From positions 1,078,109-1,142,108 of the forward strand of contig OY759308.1 in assembly GCA_963662235.1 (NCBI GenBank): a stretch of 64,000 nucleotides of DNA. Reading direction: 5' to 3'. Source of the DNA: Desulfobacterales bacterium (GTDB lineage Bacteria; Desulfobacterota; Desulfobacteria; Desulfobacterales; G963662235). Below the pieces are notes generated by a model. It did no database searches, had not been told where the DNA came from, and was given only the letters and a program-made list of their open reading frames with translations. A program made the position numbers and the translations under genes. Positions 1-9,396 of this stretch are shown piece by piece (positions within the stretch are counted from its first letter, which is position 1; each line of letters opens with the position of its first letter).

Positions 1-1185
1 GCTCTTGCTCATAACAGCGGACACACTCTATCTGTTGTTTATAGTGGGGCACAAATTTTATCGACTTCAACTTCAAACAAACTTAAAATAAACTTTAATG
101 GTGATAAGCAATCAGACGGGACAACTCTTGCAGAACAGCTTGTTATAGACTTGCCACAAGCTATGACTACAGGAGAAACTATAAAATTTGACTGTGTCCC
201 AAGTGGAATGGTTGGGTATGAAAATGCTTCAATTGCAACAGCAGATAACGGTAAAACTATAAATGTATATTTAAATCAAGATGATGAAACAAACAAATTA
301 GATCCTAATATAATTTATAAGTTAAACTCAACAGGTACTGTTACTAATGGCGACAAATTTCAATTTACAATAGATCCTTCAAATAGTGGTACTGCTACAC
401 CAACTAACTATACTAATGCAAAAGTAAGTTCTTATGTTATTGAAAGTAAAGAGTATGTTAAAATAGACCTTGATGGTACAGGGCGTAATGATGATGTTAT
501 TTTTGAATTTGATATTAACGCACAAGGTGGTTCAGGAATTGGTTATGTAGCTGAATCTTCAAGTAAAACAGATATTATAAACTCGTATATGAATTTTGAT
601 ATATCGGGTTCTACAGCTTGGAAAACTCTGTCTACAAATGATGATGGTTATTTTGAAATACCTGTAGATTTTCTCGGTGGTGCAGCAGGTTCAACAAAGA
701 GCAGTATTGCTCTCGATTTAGGTGGTCAATATAGTACTTCAAAAGTTTGGAGCACAACTGAAAGAACTACAACACAATATGGTTCCAGTTTTGCTACAAC
801 ATATCTTGAAGTGGACGGTTATGGTGTAGGTGAATATGAAAGTGTGTCTATATCATCTGATGGTACAGTTGTTGGAAAATATTCAAATGGACAAAATACA
901 CCTCTTTTTAAAATTCCTGTAGCAAGATTTTTAAATCCGAATGGTTTATCAAAAGAGGGTAGCAACCTTTATGTTGCGACAATAGAAAGTGGTGCAGCTC
1001 TTTTCAATACTGCAGGGTCAAATGGTAGTGGCTCGATTGTTTCAAACTCTATAGAAAACTCCAACGTTGACATAGCAGAAGAGTTTATCACTATGATTAC
1101 AACTCAAAGAGGTTTCCAAGCAAACTCAAAAATTGTAACTGCTGCCGACACTATGATGGAAACCGTCCTCAATATGAAACGATAA
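1..1185 (+). CDS. flgE: flagellar hook protein FlgE, C-terminal part (5' end upstream of window)
   Basis: Frame 1 is open from base 1 to the stop at 1183-1185, so the track start at 151 is an internal TTG. The C-terminus ITMITTQRGFQANSKIVTAADTMMETVLNMKR matches the conserved C-terminal helix of flagellar hook/rod proteins. The Thr/Ser/Gly-rich middle is typical of FlgE. Confidence 0.75.
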   Translation, partial: ALAHNSGHTLSVVYSGAQILSTSTSNKLKINFNGDKQSDGTTLAEQLVIDLPQAMTTGETIKFDCVPSGMVGYENASIATADNGKTINVYLNQDDETNKLDPNIIYKLNSTGTVTNGDKFQFTIDPSNSGTATPTNYTNAKVSSYVIESKEYVKIDLDGTGRNDDVIFEFDINAQGGSGIGYVAESSSKTDIINSYMNFDISGSTAWKTLSTNDDGYFEIPVDFLGGAAGSTKSSIALDLGGQYSTSKVWSTTERTTTQYGSSFATTYLEVDGYGVGEYESVSISSDGTVVGKYSNGQNTPLFKIPVARFLNPNGLSKEGSNLYVATIESGAALFNTAGSNGSGSIVSNSIENSNVDIAEEFITMITTQRGFQANSKIVTAADTMMETVLNMKR

Positions 1186-1224
1186 CCCATAAAACCTTTT
1201 TTACATAGTTTTAGGTTTTTTAAA

Positions 1225-1262
1225 ATAGCCTCCTTTTTTCAATAAAAGGAGGCTATTTTTTT
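1225..1262 (+). terminator. rho-independent terminator after flgE
   Basis: Stem atagcctcctttt / aaaaggaggctat with a 6-nt loop, followed by a T-run, about 40 nt after the flgE stop. Confidence 0.7.
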
Positions 1263-1355
1263 GATGAGGTGAATTTGAAAAACGAAGTCCCAATAAGTTA
1301 TCTTTTATGGAAAGAAACTTCTCATACGTCATTCTGCAAATTCAGATTTGAACTT

Positions 1356-1384
1356 GTAGGAAACGGTTTAAAACCGTTCCCTAC
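1356..1384. repeat. GTAG-headed hairpin (gtaggaaacggtttaaaaccgttccctac)
   Basis: Palindrome read directly. Same core (gaacggttttaaaccgttc) as copies at 15629-15655 and 59433-59457. Confidence 0.8.
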
Positions 1385-1463
1385 TCAAATTTATTTCACT
1401 GTGTGAATCCCCCTTAAAAGGGAGGATAGAGGGTGAAAAATCTCGCAAAAATCTTACCAACAC

Positions 1464-1499
1464 GTCATTCTGCATGGAGCGAAGCGAAACTGCAGAATC
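1464..1499. repeat. GTCATTC-headed hairpin
   Basis: gtcattctgca...tgcagaatc. Related heads at 1328, 61128-61150 (inverted) and 61171-61194. Confidence 0.6.
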
Positions 1500-1559
1500 T
1501 ATCTTAAAAAAATCCTGTATACTTCGACTTTGCTCAGCATTACACTGCTATTTCGCGCA

Positions 1560-1719
1560 GAGCCTGTCGGTGCCTGAGCCTGTCGGTGCCTGAGCCTGTC
1601 GGTGCCTGAGCCTGTCGGTGCTTGAGCCTGTCGGTGTCTGAGCCTGTCGGTGTCTGAGCCTGTCGGTGTCTGAGCCTGTCGGTGCCTGAGCCTGTCGGTG
1701 CCTGAGCTTGTCGAAGGCA
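1560..1719. repeat. 16-bp GC-rich tandem repeat, 9 full units plus 1 degenerate
   Basis: GAGCCTGTCGGTGYYT repeated head to tail. Unit variants in order: gcct x3, gctt, gtct x3, gcct x2, then degenerate gagcttgtcgaaggca. Confidence 0.95.
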
Positions 1720-1904
1720 CAACCACTCCGTGCAGCATTGTAAAGATTAACCATTGCGCTGATAAATTTTAAGAATTTATATTTAAAAAGACAGCACATA
1801 TAGGAAGAGTTTTTGACTTAAAAAAATCAAAATGGTTAAAAGTGCTTGTTTATAAAATCCAAACTATTAAATAATATATTGCCTTTAGAACACGATACAA
1901 TGGA

Positions 1905-2100
1905 GAGACCTTTGCACATAATGTTTTTTATGAAAAAAATAGTGGTTTTTTGTAAATTATCAACTTTTGGTAATTTTACAAAAACAGCTAAAACCCTTAT
2001 GAAGACTAACGCTCTCTTTTGCTTTTGTTTTGGGTTCGACGTATAAAAATACTACTTCACCACAAAACAAAAGCAAAATAGAGCTATGTGCAAAGGTCTC
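1905..2100. mobile_element. MITE copy A (196 bp), TSD AATGGA
   Basis: Inverted ends gagacctttgcacat / atgtgcaaaggtctc. The 6-mer AATGGA is identical at 1899-1904 and 2101-2106. No ORF of its own. Confidence 0.85.
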
Positions 2101-2118
2101 AATGGAGTAAAAGAAGCT

Positions 2119-2343
2119 ATGACAGAAGCAATCAACATAAACAAAAACATTTTCAATTCAGAACAAATTTTTGCAATTCAAAATATAGTCAAAAAAGAGA
2201 TAGAAGAAATGTATGACATTAAAGAATTAAATTATGCTTCATTATCAGAAGAAACAAAAAAAAATATTGAAGCAGGAAAAAAAGAATTTTTAGAGGGTAA
2301 AACTAAATCTTTTGAAGAAGTTTACGAAAAATGTATGAAATAG
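2119..2343 (+). CDS. putative antitoxin partner of RelE/ParE toxin
   Basis: Small acidic ORF overlapping the downstream toxin gene by 13 nt. The track start at 2086 lies inside the MITE end, so the ATG at 2119 is preferred. Family not recognised. Confidence 0.5.
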   Translation: MTEAININKNIFNSEQIFAIQNIVKKEIEEMYDIKELNYASLSEETKKNIEAGKKEFLEGKTKSFEEVYEKCMK

Positions 2344-2591
2344 AATTTTCTACAAAAGCAATAAAATTTTTTAAAAACAAAGAAAGTAAACTTAAAAAAC
2401 GAGTTTTTGAAGCTATAAACAACCTAAGATTAGAACCTTTACCATATGGTTATGTCTTATTAAAAGGAACAGAAAAAGAATTTAGAATAAGAGTCGGAAA
2501 ATATAGAATTATTTATTCCATATTTTATGATTTAAAGACAATTATTATTCTTGATATTAATAAGAGAGATAAAATTTACAAAAACTCATAA
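2331..2591 (+). CDS. RelE/ParE-family type II toxin
   Basis: 86 aa. The pattern EFSTKAIKFFKN...LRLEP...LKG....FRIRVGKYRIIYSI....IIILDI.KR is typical of RelE/ParE toxins. Confidence 0.75.
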   Translation: MYEIEFSTKAIKFFKNKESKLKKRVFEAINNLRLEPLPYGYVLLKGTEKEFRIRVGKYRIIYSIFYDLKTIIILDINKRDKIYKNS

Positions 2592-3021
2592 AATATTATA
2601 CTAAATTGTTTTAATTCTTCTAGTTAACCTATCAAATAAATAACTTCTATTATTATCGCTAACTGCACTTTCTCTACTGTCATACTTGTAAAGGTTAACC
2701 AATTTCGTTTACACTTTTTACTCTCCTTCATAAACCAAAGTTTTCGTGAAAAAATATCTTTTTGCTTTTACCTCCTTTCTTTGCATTTAGATAAGAGTTG
2801 TTAATTTAGCTTTAAGCTTCCTGCTTGATATTTTACATACTTTTTTAGTGTTACAGTATTTTTAAGAGCTATCGAACAAATAGAAGATGAGTTTATATCT
2901 ATTTATAAAAAAACTTATTCAGGTTTTTACTTAAAAGACAATATTCAAGTCTATGAATTGATAAGAGTTTGAAATAGCTTAGGGAGGTAGGTTGAAGAAA
3001 GAAAAATTTACATTTATTCTG

Positions 3022-5220
3022 TTAATATGATTTAGAAATAACTCTATAATTGTTTTGTACGTTTAAATCGTTTGGCATTAAAATAGTAGCTTGTTTCATA
3101 AATTTTATAGCATCTTGTTTTTTGCCAATGGTATTAAAGAAAAGTCCAAAGTCTTGATAAAGCGAACCAAGCTCTTTACTTTCAGGGTTTATTAAACTTA
3201 TATAGTAAGAAAAAAATTTTTTATAGTTGTCCTGTTTTAAACAATATTTGAGGAAGTTAATGTTAACCTTTTTTATAACATCTTTTCGCAAGTTTAAGCT
3301 TTTTTCAAAATAGTATAAAGCCTCTTGGTATTTTTTTTCTCTTAAAAAAATTAGAGCTATATCAATCATTAAATCTTTATCTTCTTTTATTTTACTTGCT
3401 ATTTTAAACTCTTCTAAAGCGTGCTTATAATTTTTTAAACCATAGTATATTGTTGCAAGATTGTAATGAGCTTTAAACATTGTAGGTTTGATTTTTATAA
3501 TGTCGTTATAAATTTCAATCGCTTTTTTATTGTTCCCAAGTCTCAAATAGCTATTTGCCATATTGATTAAAAGATTTGTTTCATAAGGCCTTACTTTAAA
3601 AAGTTTATAAAAATCTTCTAAGCCTTTTGTAGCAAAGCCAAGTTTCATATAGGAAGAGCCACTGTAAAAGAGAAGTTTTTTTGAATTAAACGTTATATAT
3701 TCAGTCTCTTTAACTTTATAAATAACTTCTGACCATTTCTGTTTCATAAAGAGCTTATCAATCTCAAGGCTTTTTTTCTCAATTATTATTCTATTTTTAT
3801 AAAAATTTAGTGAAAATAGAAAAATTATTGAAACGGTGACAAGTAAAAAAAAGTGTATGCCTTTCGATTCTATATAAAAATAAGCCCTTTCTTGTTCGCA
3901 GTAAATAGAAGATATGCCAACAAATAGCATAAGGACAAAGGGAGGTACTGCAAGGTAGAGAGGAAAACTAAACGATGCGTTTACACAAAAACCTAAAATT
4001 GCTGTAAAGATAGCTATAGATAAAAGCTTTGAATTAATATCTTCTTCTTTACTACTATTAATGGTTTTAAAAAGAATATATAAAAGTCTTGCTCCAAACC
4101 ATATAAAAAAAGCAAAACCTAAAATCCCAAGTTCTGTAATAATTTGTAAAAAGTCATTATGTACAAAGTTTAATTGACCAGATTCAACGTGTGTTTCATC
4201 TACGATTTGTTTTTTTTCGTACACTGACGCATTATATTTAGGAGAAATTATCTGATAATTATGAAGACCCACCCCTAAGGAAAAATTATCTTTTATAATA
4301 TTGAGCGTATTTTTCCATACAGAAAACCTGATTAAACTGGAATCTTCTTTTTTAAAAGTTACTATGCTGGTAGCTCTTTTTACAACATCATCAGCTTGCA
4401 TATCTGGTTTAGAATTTGTCATAACAAAAATAAACAAGATGGCAAAAATAGCATAATACGTTTTTGTTTTATTCCAGAGCGTATATTTTTTTTTAAATAT
4501 AAATGTTGTCAAAATGATTGTCTCGAAAAGACAAGCAAGCCAAGCAGCTCTTGTAAGAGCGAAAATTAAATAAGTTATAATAATTGCTATGCAAAGGGTA
4601 AAAAACAAAGAAGTGTTGTTGTTTTTACTTTTTAACAAAAAATAGAAACCAAGCGGAAAAGTTAGTGCAAGAAATTGGCTCGCCATGTTTTTATTAGCAA
4701 AAAATGCAGAAGGGGGAACGACTTGAGGCACGATTTGAATTTCAAATAGAGCCTGCATTATACCAAAAGTAGCATTTAAAACTGCCGATAAAAACAAAAG
4801 AAAAAGAATTTTTTCTACTTGTTCTTTTTTTATTTGGTTTGAAATAAAGATAAAAAATAAGAAACATGCAAACCAATGAAAAAACTTTGTTATACTTTCA
4901 TAAAAATTTATTGAATAGAAACAAGAGAGAAAAGCTAAAACCATAAAGATAGATAGAGGAAGAAGAAGAGAACTTTTTTTAAAAACTATTTTGCCCTCTT
5001 TAATAGATTTTATAAGAGATAGAACCCAAAGGAACAGAACAAAAACTTGAACATAAGCACTTTTAGGTAAATTAACGTAATCTTTTAAACCAGAAATAAA
5101 AATAAACGGGAGAGTAAAAACAAAAAAGCAGGTCGCATAATATATAAAATTATCTAAAGTTAAAGTGTTATCATTATTAGAGCTTTTAACTTTAGATGGT
5201 TTTATCTTTTTTTTTTTCAT
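3022..5220 (-). CDS. O-antigen ligase (Wzy_C)-like polytopic membrane protein with C-terminal TPR repeats
   Basis: About 10 hydrophobic segments. The motif FVHNDFLQIITELGILGF resembles the O-antigen ligase family signature. The last ~250 aa have repeated TPR-like A..Y/L patterns. Confidence 0.65.
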   Translation of the reverse strand: MKKKKIKPSKVKSSNNDNTLTLDNFIYYATCFFVFTLPFIFISGLKDYVNLPKSAYVQVFVLFLWVLSLIKSIKEGKIVFKKSSLLLPLSIFMVLAFLSCFYSINFYESITKFFHWFACFLFFIFISNQIKKEQVEKILFLLFLSAVLNATFGIMQALFEIQIVPQVVPPSAFFANKNMASQFLALTFPLGFYFLLKSKNNNTSLFFTLCIAIIITYLIFALTRAAWLACLFETIILTTFIFKKKYTLWNKTKTYYAIFAILFIFVMTNSKPDMQADDVVKRATSIVTFKKEDSSLIRFSVWKNTLNIIKDNFSLGVGLHNYQIISPKYNASVYEKKQIVDETHVESGQLNFVHNDFLQIITELGILGFAFFIWFGARLLYILFKTINSSKEEDINSKLLSIAIFTAILGFCVNASFSFPLYLAVPPFVLMLFVGISSIYCEQERAYFYIESKGIHFFLLVTVSIIFLFSLNFYKNRIIIEKKSLEIDKLFMKQKWSEVIYKVKETEYITFNSKKLLFYSGSSYMKLGFATKGLEDFYKLFKVRPYETNLLINMANSYLRLGNNKKAIEIYNDIIKIKPTMFKAHYNLATIYYGLKNYKHALEEFKIASKIKEDKDLMIDIALIFLREKKYQEALYYFEKSLNLRKDVIKKVNINFLKYCLKQDNYKKFFSYYISLINPESKELGSLYQDFGLFFNTIGKKQDAIKFMKQATILMPNDLNVQNNYRVISKSY

Positions 5221-5225
5221 AATTT

Positions 5226-6299
5226 CTATTTATCAAGTGAAGCTTCTAAGTTTTTGACTTGATAGTGAGCAGTTAGCTCATCAATTATATGCTCTATGTC
5301 TCCTTCAAGAATATTTTCAAGTTTGTATAGCGTAAGTCCTATTCTATGGTCGGTAACTCTACCTTGAGGGAAGTTGTATGTTCTTATTCGTCCACTTCTA
5401 TCACCAGTTCCTACTTGTTCTTTTCTTTCGGCGGCTCTTTCTTGTTCTTGCTCTTGAGTAATTTTGTCATAAATTCTGGCTTTTAGAACTTTCATAGCCT
5501 TTTCTTTATTTTTCAGTTGAGATTTTTGGTCTTGACAAGTAGCGATTGTTCCAGTCGGGATATGAGTAAGACGAACAGCAGAATCGGTTGTGTTAACACT
5601 TTGACCACCGGGTCCAGTAGCTCTATAAACATCTACTTTAATATCGGCTTGATTAATTTCAAGCTCTATATCTTCAGCTTCTGGCAGAACAGCTACCGTT
5701 ACAGCTGAAGTGTGAATTCTTCCTTGAGTTTCGGTTGTAGGAACTCTTTGTACTCTATGTGTTCCGCTTTCAAACTTTAATTTGCCAAAAACAGAAGAGC
5801 CACTAATTAAGACAATAATCTCTTTTATTCCGCCTATACCGCTAATGTAATGGCTACTTAACACTTCAGTCTTCCACGATTTATTTTCTGCATATTTTGA
5901 ATACATTCTAAATAAATCGCTGGCAAAAAGTGCTGCTTCATCGCCACCAGTACCGGCTCTTATTTCAAGAATAACGTTGTTTCCATCTTTGGGGTCTTTA
6001 GGGATAAGAAGTTTTTTGAGTTTTTTGTTAATCTCTTCTTTTTCTATTTTAAGGTTTTCCAGCTCTTCTTTTGCAAGCTTTTGTATCTCTTTATCTTGAT
6101 CTTCTAAAAGTTCTAATGAGTCTTCGATATTTTCAAGTACTGTCTTATATTGTCTAAAGTTTTCAACAATTTTAGATATGCTTTTATGCTCTTTTAAAAG
6201 CTTTTGGTATTTGTTTATATTGTTAATAACATTTGGATCGCTTATCTCTTTTTCAATATCCTTAAATCTTGCTTCTATTTTTTCTAATTTTTCTATCAT
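5226..6299 (-). CDS. prfA: peptide chain release factor 1
   Basis: [14 protein letters not shown] (RF1 PxT-type loop) and GPGGQSVN (GGQ motif); 357 aa. Confidence 0.95.
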   Translation of the reverse strand: MIEKLEKIEARFKDIEKEISDPNVINNINKYQKLLKEHKSISKIVENFRQYKTVLENIEDSLELLEDQDKEIQKLAKEELENLKIEKEEINKKLKKLLIPKDPKDGNNVILEIRAGTGGDEAALFASDLFRMYSKYAENKSWKTEVLSSHYISGIGGIKEIIVLISGSSVFGKLKFESGTHRVQRVPTTETQGRIHTSAVTVAVLPEAEDIELEINQADIKVDVYRATGPGGQSVNTTDSAVRLTHIPTGTIATCQDQKSQLKNKEKAMKVLKARIYDKITQEQEQERAAERKEQVGTGDRSGRIRTYNFPQGRVTDHRIGLTLYKLENILEGDIEHIIDELTAHYQVKNLEASLDK

Positions 6300-6351
6300 A
6301 TTTTAAAGTGTCCAAAAGTATTTGTTATTTATGAAAAAATCTTAATTTTTT

Positions 6352-6400
6352 TAAAAAAAAAGGGGAATATAAAAACATAAGATTGTTTTTGTATTCCCCT
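6352..6400 (-). terminator. rho-independent terminator after rpmE
   Basis: On the minus strand: stem aggggaata / tattcccct followed by a run of 9 T. Confidence 0.6.
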
Positions 6401-6415
6401 ATTTTTATTTTTTAG

Positions 6416-6622
6416 CTATTTGTTAAATTTTGCGTATTTTTTATTAAATCTGTCTATTCGTCCTGTAGTATCTACAAGTTTTTGTTTTCCTGTAAAAAAA
6501 GGATGGCAATTTGAACAAATTTCTGTTTTTATTTGTTCTTTTGTTGAGCCAATTTGAAACTCACTTCCACAAGCACAAACAGCTTTTGTTTGAAAATATT
6601 TAGGGTGAATGTTCTCTTTCAC
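6416..6622 (-). CDS. rpmE: 50S ribosomal protein L31
   Basis: MKENIHPKY start, a CxC...CxxCHPF zinc-ribbon pattern, 68 aa. Confidence 0.95.
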   Translation of the reverse strand: MKENIHPKYFQTKAVCACGSEFQIGSTKEQIKTEICSNCHPFFTGKQKLVDTTGRIDRFNKKYAKFNK

Positions 6623-6641
6623 TTTTTATTACTCCTTAAAT

Positions 6642-7898
6642 TTATCTTTTTTGAGGGTTCATTAAGTTTAAAAACTCATCATTATCTTTTGTGCCAGACA
6701 TTTTATCAAGTAAAAAATTAACAGCATCGACTGGATTCATATCTGAAAGAACTTTTCTTAATATCCATATTCTATCAAGTTTTTCTTGGTCTACTAATAA
6801 CTCTTCTTTTCTTGTCCCAGATCTGCTCATTTCTATAGCTGGATAGATTCTTCTATCTGAAAGTTTTCTATTTAGAACAAGCTCCATATTACCAGTACCT
6901 TTAAACTCTTCAAAGATAACTTCATCCATACGACTACCTGTTTCTATTAAAGCGGTTGCAATAATAGTAAGACTACCGCCATCTTCTACATTTCTTGCAG
7001 CCCCTAAAAATCTTTTGGGTTTATGGAGAGCGTTTGAATCTACACCACCAGATAAAACTTTACCGCTTGCAGGAGAGATAGAGTTATAAGCTCTTGCAAG
7101 TCTTGTTATGCTATCAAGTAAAATAACAACATCTTTTTTATGCTCTACAAGTCTTTTGGCTTTTTCTATAGCCATATCTGCTACTTGTACGTGTCTTTCT
7201 GCTGGCTCATCAAATGTAGAGCTCATTACTTCCGCATTAACAGAACGAATCATATCTGTAACTTCTTCTGGTCGTTCATCTATTAAAAGAATAAATGGTA
7301 CAACGTTGCTATTATTTTTTATAATCGTATTGGCAATATTTTGAAGAAGCATCGTTTTACCAGTCTTAGGAGGAGATACTATAAGTCCTCTTTGACCAAA
7401 ACCGATAGGAGCAAATAAGTCTAATATTCGTATAGAATAGTTATCTGGGTTTGTTTTAAGATTGATTTTTTCGTTGGGATATAAGGGGGTAAGGTTGTCA
7501 AAAAATATTCTGTTTCTTGCTATTTCAGGGTCTTCATAATTAATCGCTTCTACCTTTAAAAGAGCAAAATATTTTTCACCCTCTTTAGGTTGCCTAATTT
7601 GTCCTGATATAATATCACCTTTTTTCAAATTAAACCTGCGAATTTGAGATGGTGATACATAAATATCATCAGGTCCTGGCAAGTAGCTATAAGAAGCAGA
7701 TCTCAAAAAACCAAAACCGTCTGGTAAAACTTCTAAAACTCCTTCCCCAAACACAAAACCATCTTTTTCTATTTGTGCTTGCAAGACTGCAAAAATAAGT
7801 TCTTGTTTTCTTAAACCTCCACACCCTTCAATTTTAAGTTTTTTAGCAAGTTTAACAAGTTCATCAATCTTCATATTTTTAAGGTCAGTAATATTCAT
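6642..7898 (-). CDS. rho: transcription termination factor Rho
   Basis: Rho N-terminal and cold-shock-like domain (GFGFLR), Walker A PPKTGKT, RecA-like core, 418 aa. Confidence 0.95.
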   Translation of the reverse strand: MNITDLKNMKIDELVKLAKKLKIEGCGGLRKQELIFAVLQAQIEKDGFVFGEGVLEVLPDGFGFLRSASYSYLPGPDDIYVSPSQIRRFNLKKGDIISGQIRQPKEGEKYFALLKVEAINYEDPEIARNRIFFDNLTPLYPNEKINLKTNPDNYSIRILDLFAPIGFGQRGLIVSPPKTGKTMLLQNIANTIIKNNSNVVPFILLIDERPEEVTDMIRSVNAEVMSSTFDEPAERHVQVADMAIEKAKRLVEHKKDVVILLDSITRLARAYNSISPASGKVLSGGVDSNALHKPKRFLGAARNVEDGGSLTIIATALIETGSRMDEVIFEEFKGTGNMELVLNRKLSDRRIYPAIEMSRSGTRKEELLVDQEKLDRIWILRKVLSDMNPVDAVNFLLDKMSGTKDNDEFLNLMNPQKR

Positions 7899-8159
7899 AC
7901 AAAAAAAGCTCCTTAATTAATGATTTAAAATTTTAAGAATTAATATTCTATTTTTTAAAAAAATTATTTTAGTTTGATTGTTATAAATCTATTTAAGAAA
8001 AGCATAAAAACTATAGTAATAAGAACGTTATTCTATCTACGACTAAAGTTATACTGTTTAAAAAAGTTTTTGTGATTTTTTTTATATAGATAAAAAGTTT
8101 TGTGAAATTAAATAAAAAAGTAAGTTATACAACACTCTCATAGTAAAAGATAAATTTGT

Positions 8160-8354
8160 GAGACCTTTGTACATAGCTCTATTTTGTTTTTATTTTGTGG
8201 TGAAGTAGTATTTTTATACGTCAAACCCAAAATAAAAGCAAAAGAGAGCGTTAGTTCTTATAGGAATTTAGAAGTTTTTTTTAAATTATTAAAATTTAAT
8301 ATTTTGCTTAAAACTACTATTTTTTTTCATAAAAATGTTATGTGCAAAGGTCTC
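8160..8354. mobile_element. MITE copy B (195 bp, inverted relative to copy A), TSD ATTTGT/AATTGT
   Basis: Same inverted ends and internal sequence as 1905-2100 in reverse complement. Flanking 6-mers match 5/6. Confidence 0.85.
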
Positions 8355-8520
8355 AATTGTTTTTTCAATAGATTTTAAATCAAGTATTGCAAAATTAAAT
8401 AAACCCAAAATCTTAAAGAATATTTGAATTAATAATTTTGAAAAGATTATTGAAATTTCCTAATAGACTTAGGGGAAATAACAGTTTCCTTGCCACGCCT
8501 ATAGTAGCACTTTTTATAAG

Positions 8521-9234
8521 TCAAGTTTTTTTAATGTTTTTTATTAAATAGTCAGCTACATCCTTAATATTTTGAAATGCCGTTTTTTTATCCCATTTTT
8601 TTTTGTCTCTATCGGATACAAAATTACTTATGCTTCTTATTTCAATAAACGGAATTTTAAAAAGCTTAGCAGAGTGGAATAAAGCTACTCCTTCCATACT
8701 TTCTACAAAAGCATTTAAGTTCTTTTCTATTAAGTCTGCTCTTTTTTGTGTCGTAGTTATTGTTGATGAAGTTATAAAAAATCCTTTTTTTAAATTTCCA
8801 AATTTTTCTTTTATTTTTGAGTAAAAAAAAGAGACCATATTTTTATCAGCTTCATAAATATCATTTAACTTCTCTTTTTCTTCTTCAAAAATAAAAAAAT
8901 CGTTTAGTTTATTATCCTTTTCAACGCCATAATCGATATATATATCTTTTTCTGCAATAACGACATCGCCTATTTTAAGCCCTGAATTTTTAAAAGCTCC
9001 ACCTATTCCAATTTGTACTATTAAATCGGGAGCTATTTTATCTATAGCAAGTGTTAGAGATGAAACTGTATTTAAAATGCCTATTCCTGTAACTAAAAAA
9101 AAAAAAGTCACATCATTTTTTTTTAATACGATTACATTGTTGTTTATAATTTTTATTTTTTCAGAAGATTTTAAAGGAAAGGAAGGCATCTCTTCATCGA
9201 CAGATGATATAAAAAGAATTTTTTTAAAGACCAT
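8521..9234 (-). CDS. mqnB: nucleoside phosphorylase-family hydrolase, probably futalosine hydrolase (MqnB)
   Basis: PNP/UDP-1 fold patterns (GIGGAF...GDVVIA; ESMEGVALFH). The size (237 aa) fits MqnB/MTAN-like enzymes. Assignment within the family is tentative. Confidence 0.5.
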   Translation of the reverse strand: MVFKKILFISSVDEEMPSFPLKSSEKIKIINNNVIVLKKNDVTFFFLVTGIGILNTVSSLTLAIDKIAPDLIVQIGIGGAFKNSGLKIGDVVIAEKDIYIDYGVEKDNKLNDFFIFEEEKEKLNDIYEADKNMVSFFYSKIKEKFGNLKKGFFITSSTITTTQKRADLIEKNLNAFVESMEGVALFHSAKLFKIPFIEIRSISNFVSDRDKKKWDKKTAFQNIKDVADYLIKNIKKT

Positions 9235-9238
9235 TTTA

Positions 9239-9339
9239 TAAAGCTTTGCACATAATGTTTTTTATGAAAAAAATAGTGGTTTTTTATAAAACATTAACTT
9301 TAAAACAAAAGCAAAATTTAAGCTATGTGTAAAGGTATC
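9239..9339. mobile_element. internally deleted MITE copy C (~100 bp)
   Basis: agctttgcacataatgttttttatgaaaaaaatagtgg ... aaaacaaaagcaaaatttaagctatgtgtaaaggtatc. Both ends are retained and the centre is missing. Confidence 0.75.
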
Positions 9340-9349
9340 CATTTCGTAG

Positions 9350-9382
9350 ATAAAAAAATAGGGCAGGCTTTTTACCTGCCCC
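9350..9382 (-). terminator. rho-independent terminator after the MFS transporter gene
   Basis: Minus strand ggggcagg-taaaaa-cctgccc followed by a T-run. Confidence 0.6.
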
Positions 9383-9396
9383 ATATTTATTGTTTG

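Noticed and set aside
1499-1799. Three overlapping minus-strand ORFs (79, 60 and 83 aa) with repetitive RHRQAQAPTGS peptides
   Set aside because: They exist only because the 16-bp tandem repeat lacks stop codons in every frame. A period not divisible by 3 gives the three phase-shifted 'proteins'. This is not coding.
2086-2118. N-terminal extensions MCKGL..., HIMFFMKK... and MYTPHYYF... on several track ORFs (2086, 46309, 19497, 57209, 45195, 1846, 8184)
   Set aside because: These segments are the MITE termini, which contain ATG. The same 'peptides' recur at unrelated genes, and conserved protein N-termini start downstream.
2592-3021. 430-bp gene-free stretch with a possible C-terminal gene remnant (…AIEQIEDEFISIYKKTYSGFYLKDNIQVYELIRV* around 2868-2972)
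   Set aside because: It is only a short open stretch with no recognisable family, start codon or repeat boundaries. I cannot support it as a pseudogene from sequence alone.
5207-5217. Homopolymeric A/T tracts of 11-12 nt as phase-variation switches (5207-5217 at the O-antigen-ligase-like gene start; also 9095-9106, 11176-11186, 12035-12045)
   Set aside because: Such tracts occur in several ordinary housekeeping genes here (metH, the mqnB-like gene), encoding Lys or Phe runs. They look like a by-product of extreme AT richness. There is no evidence of frame-shifted alleles in this single sequence.
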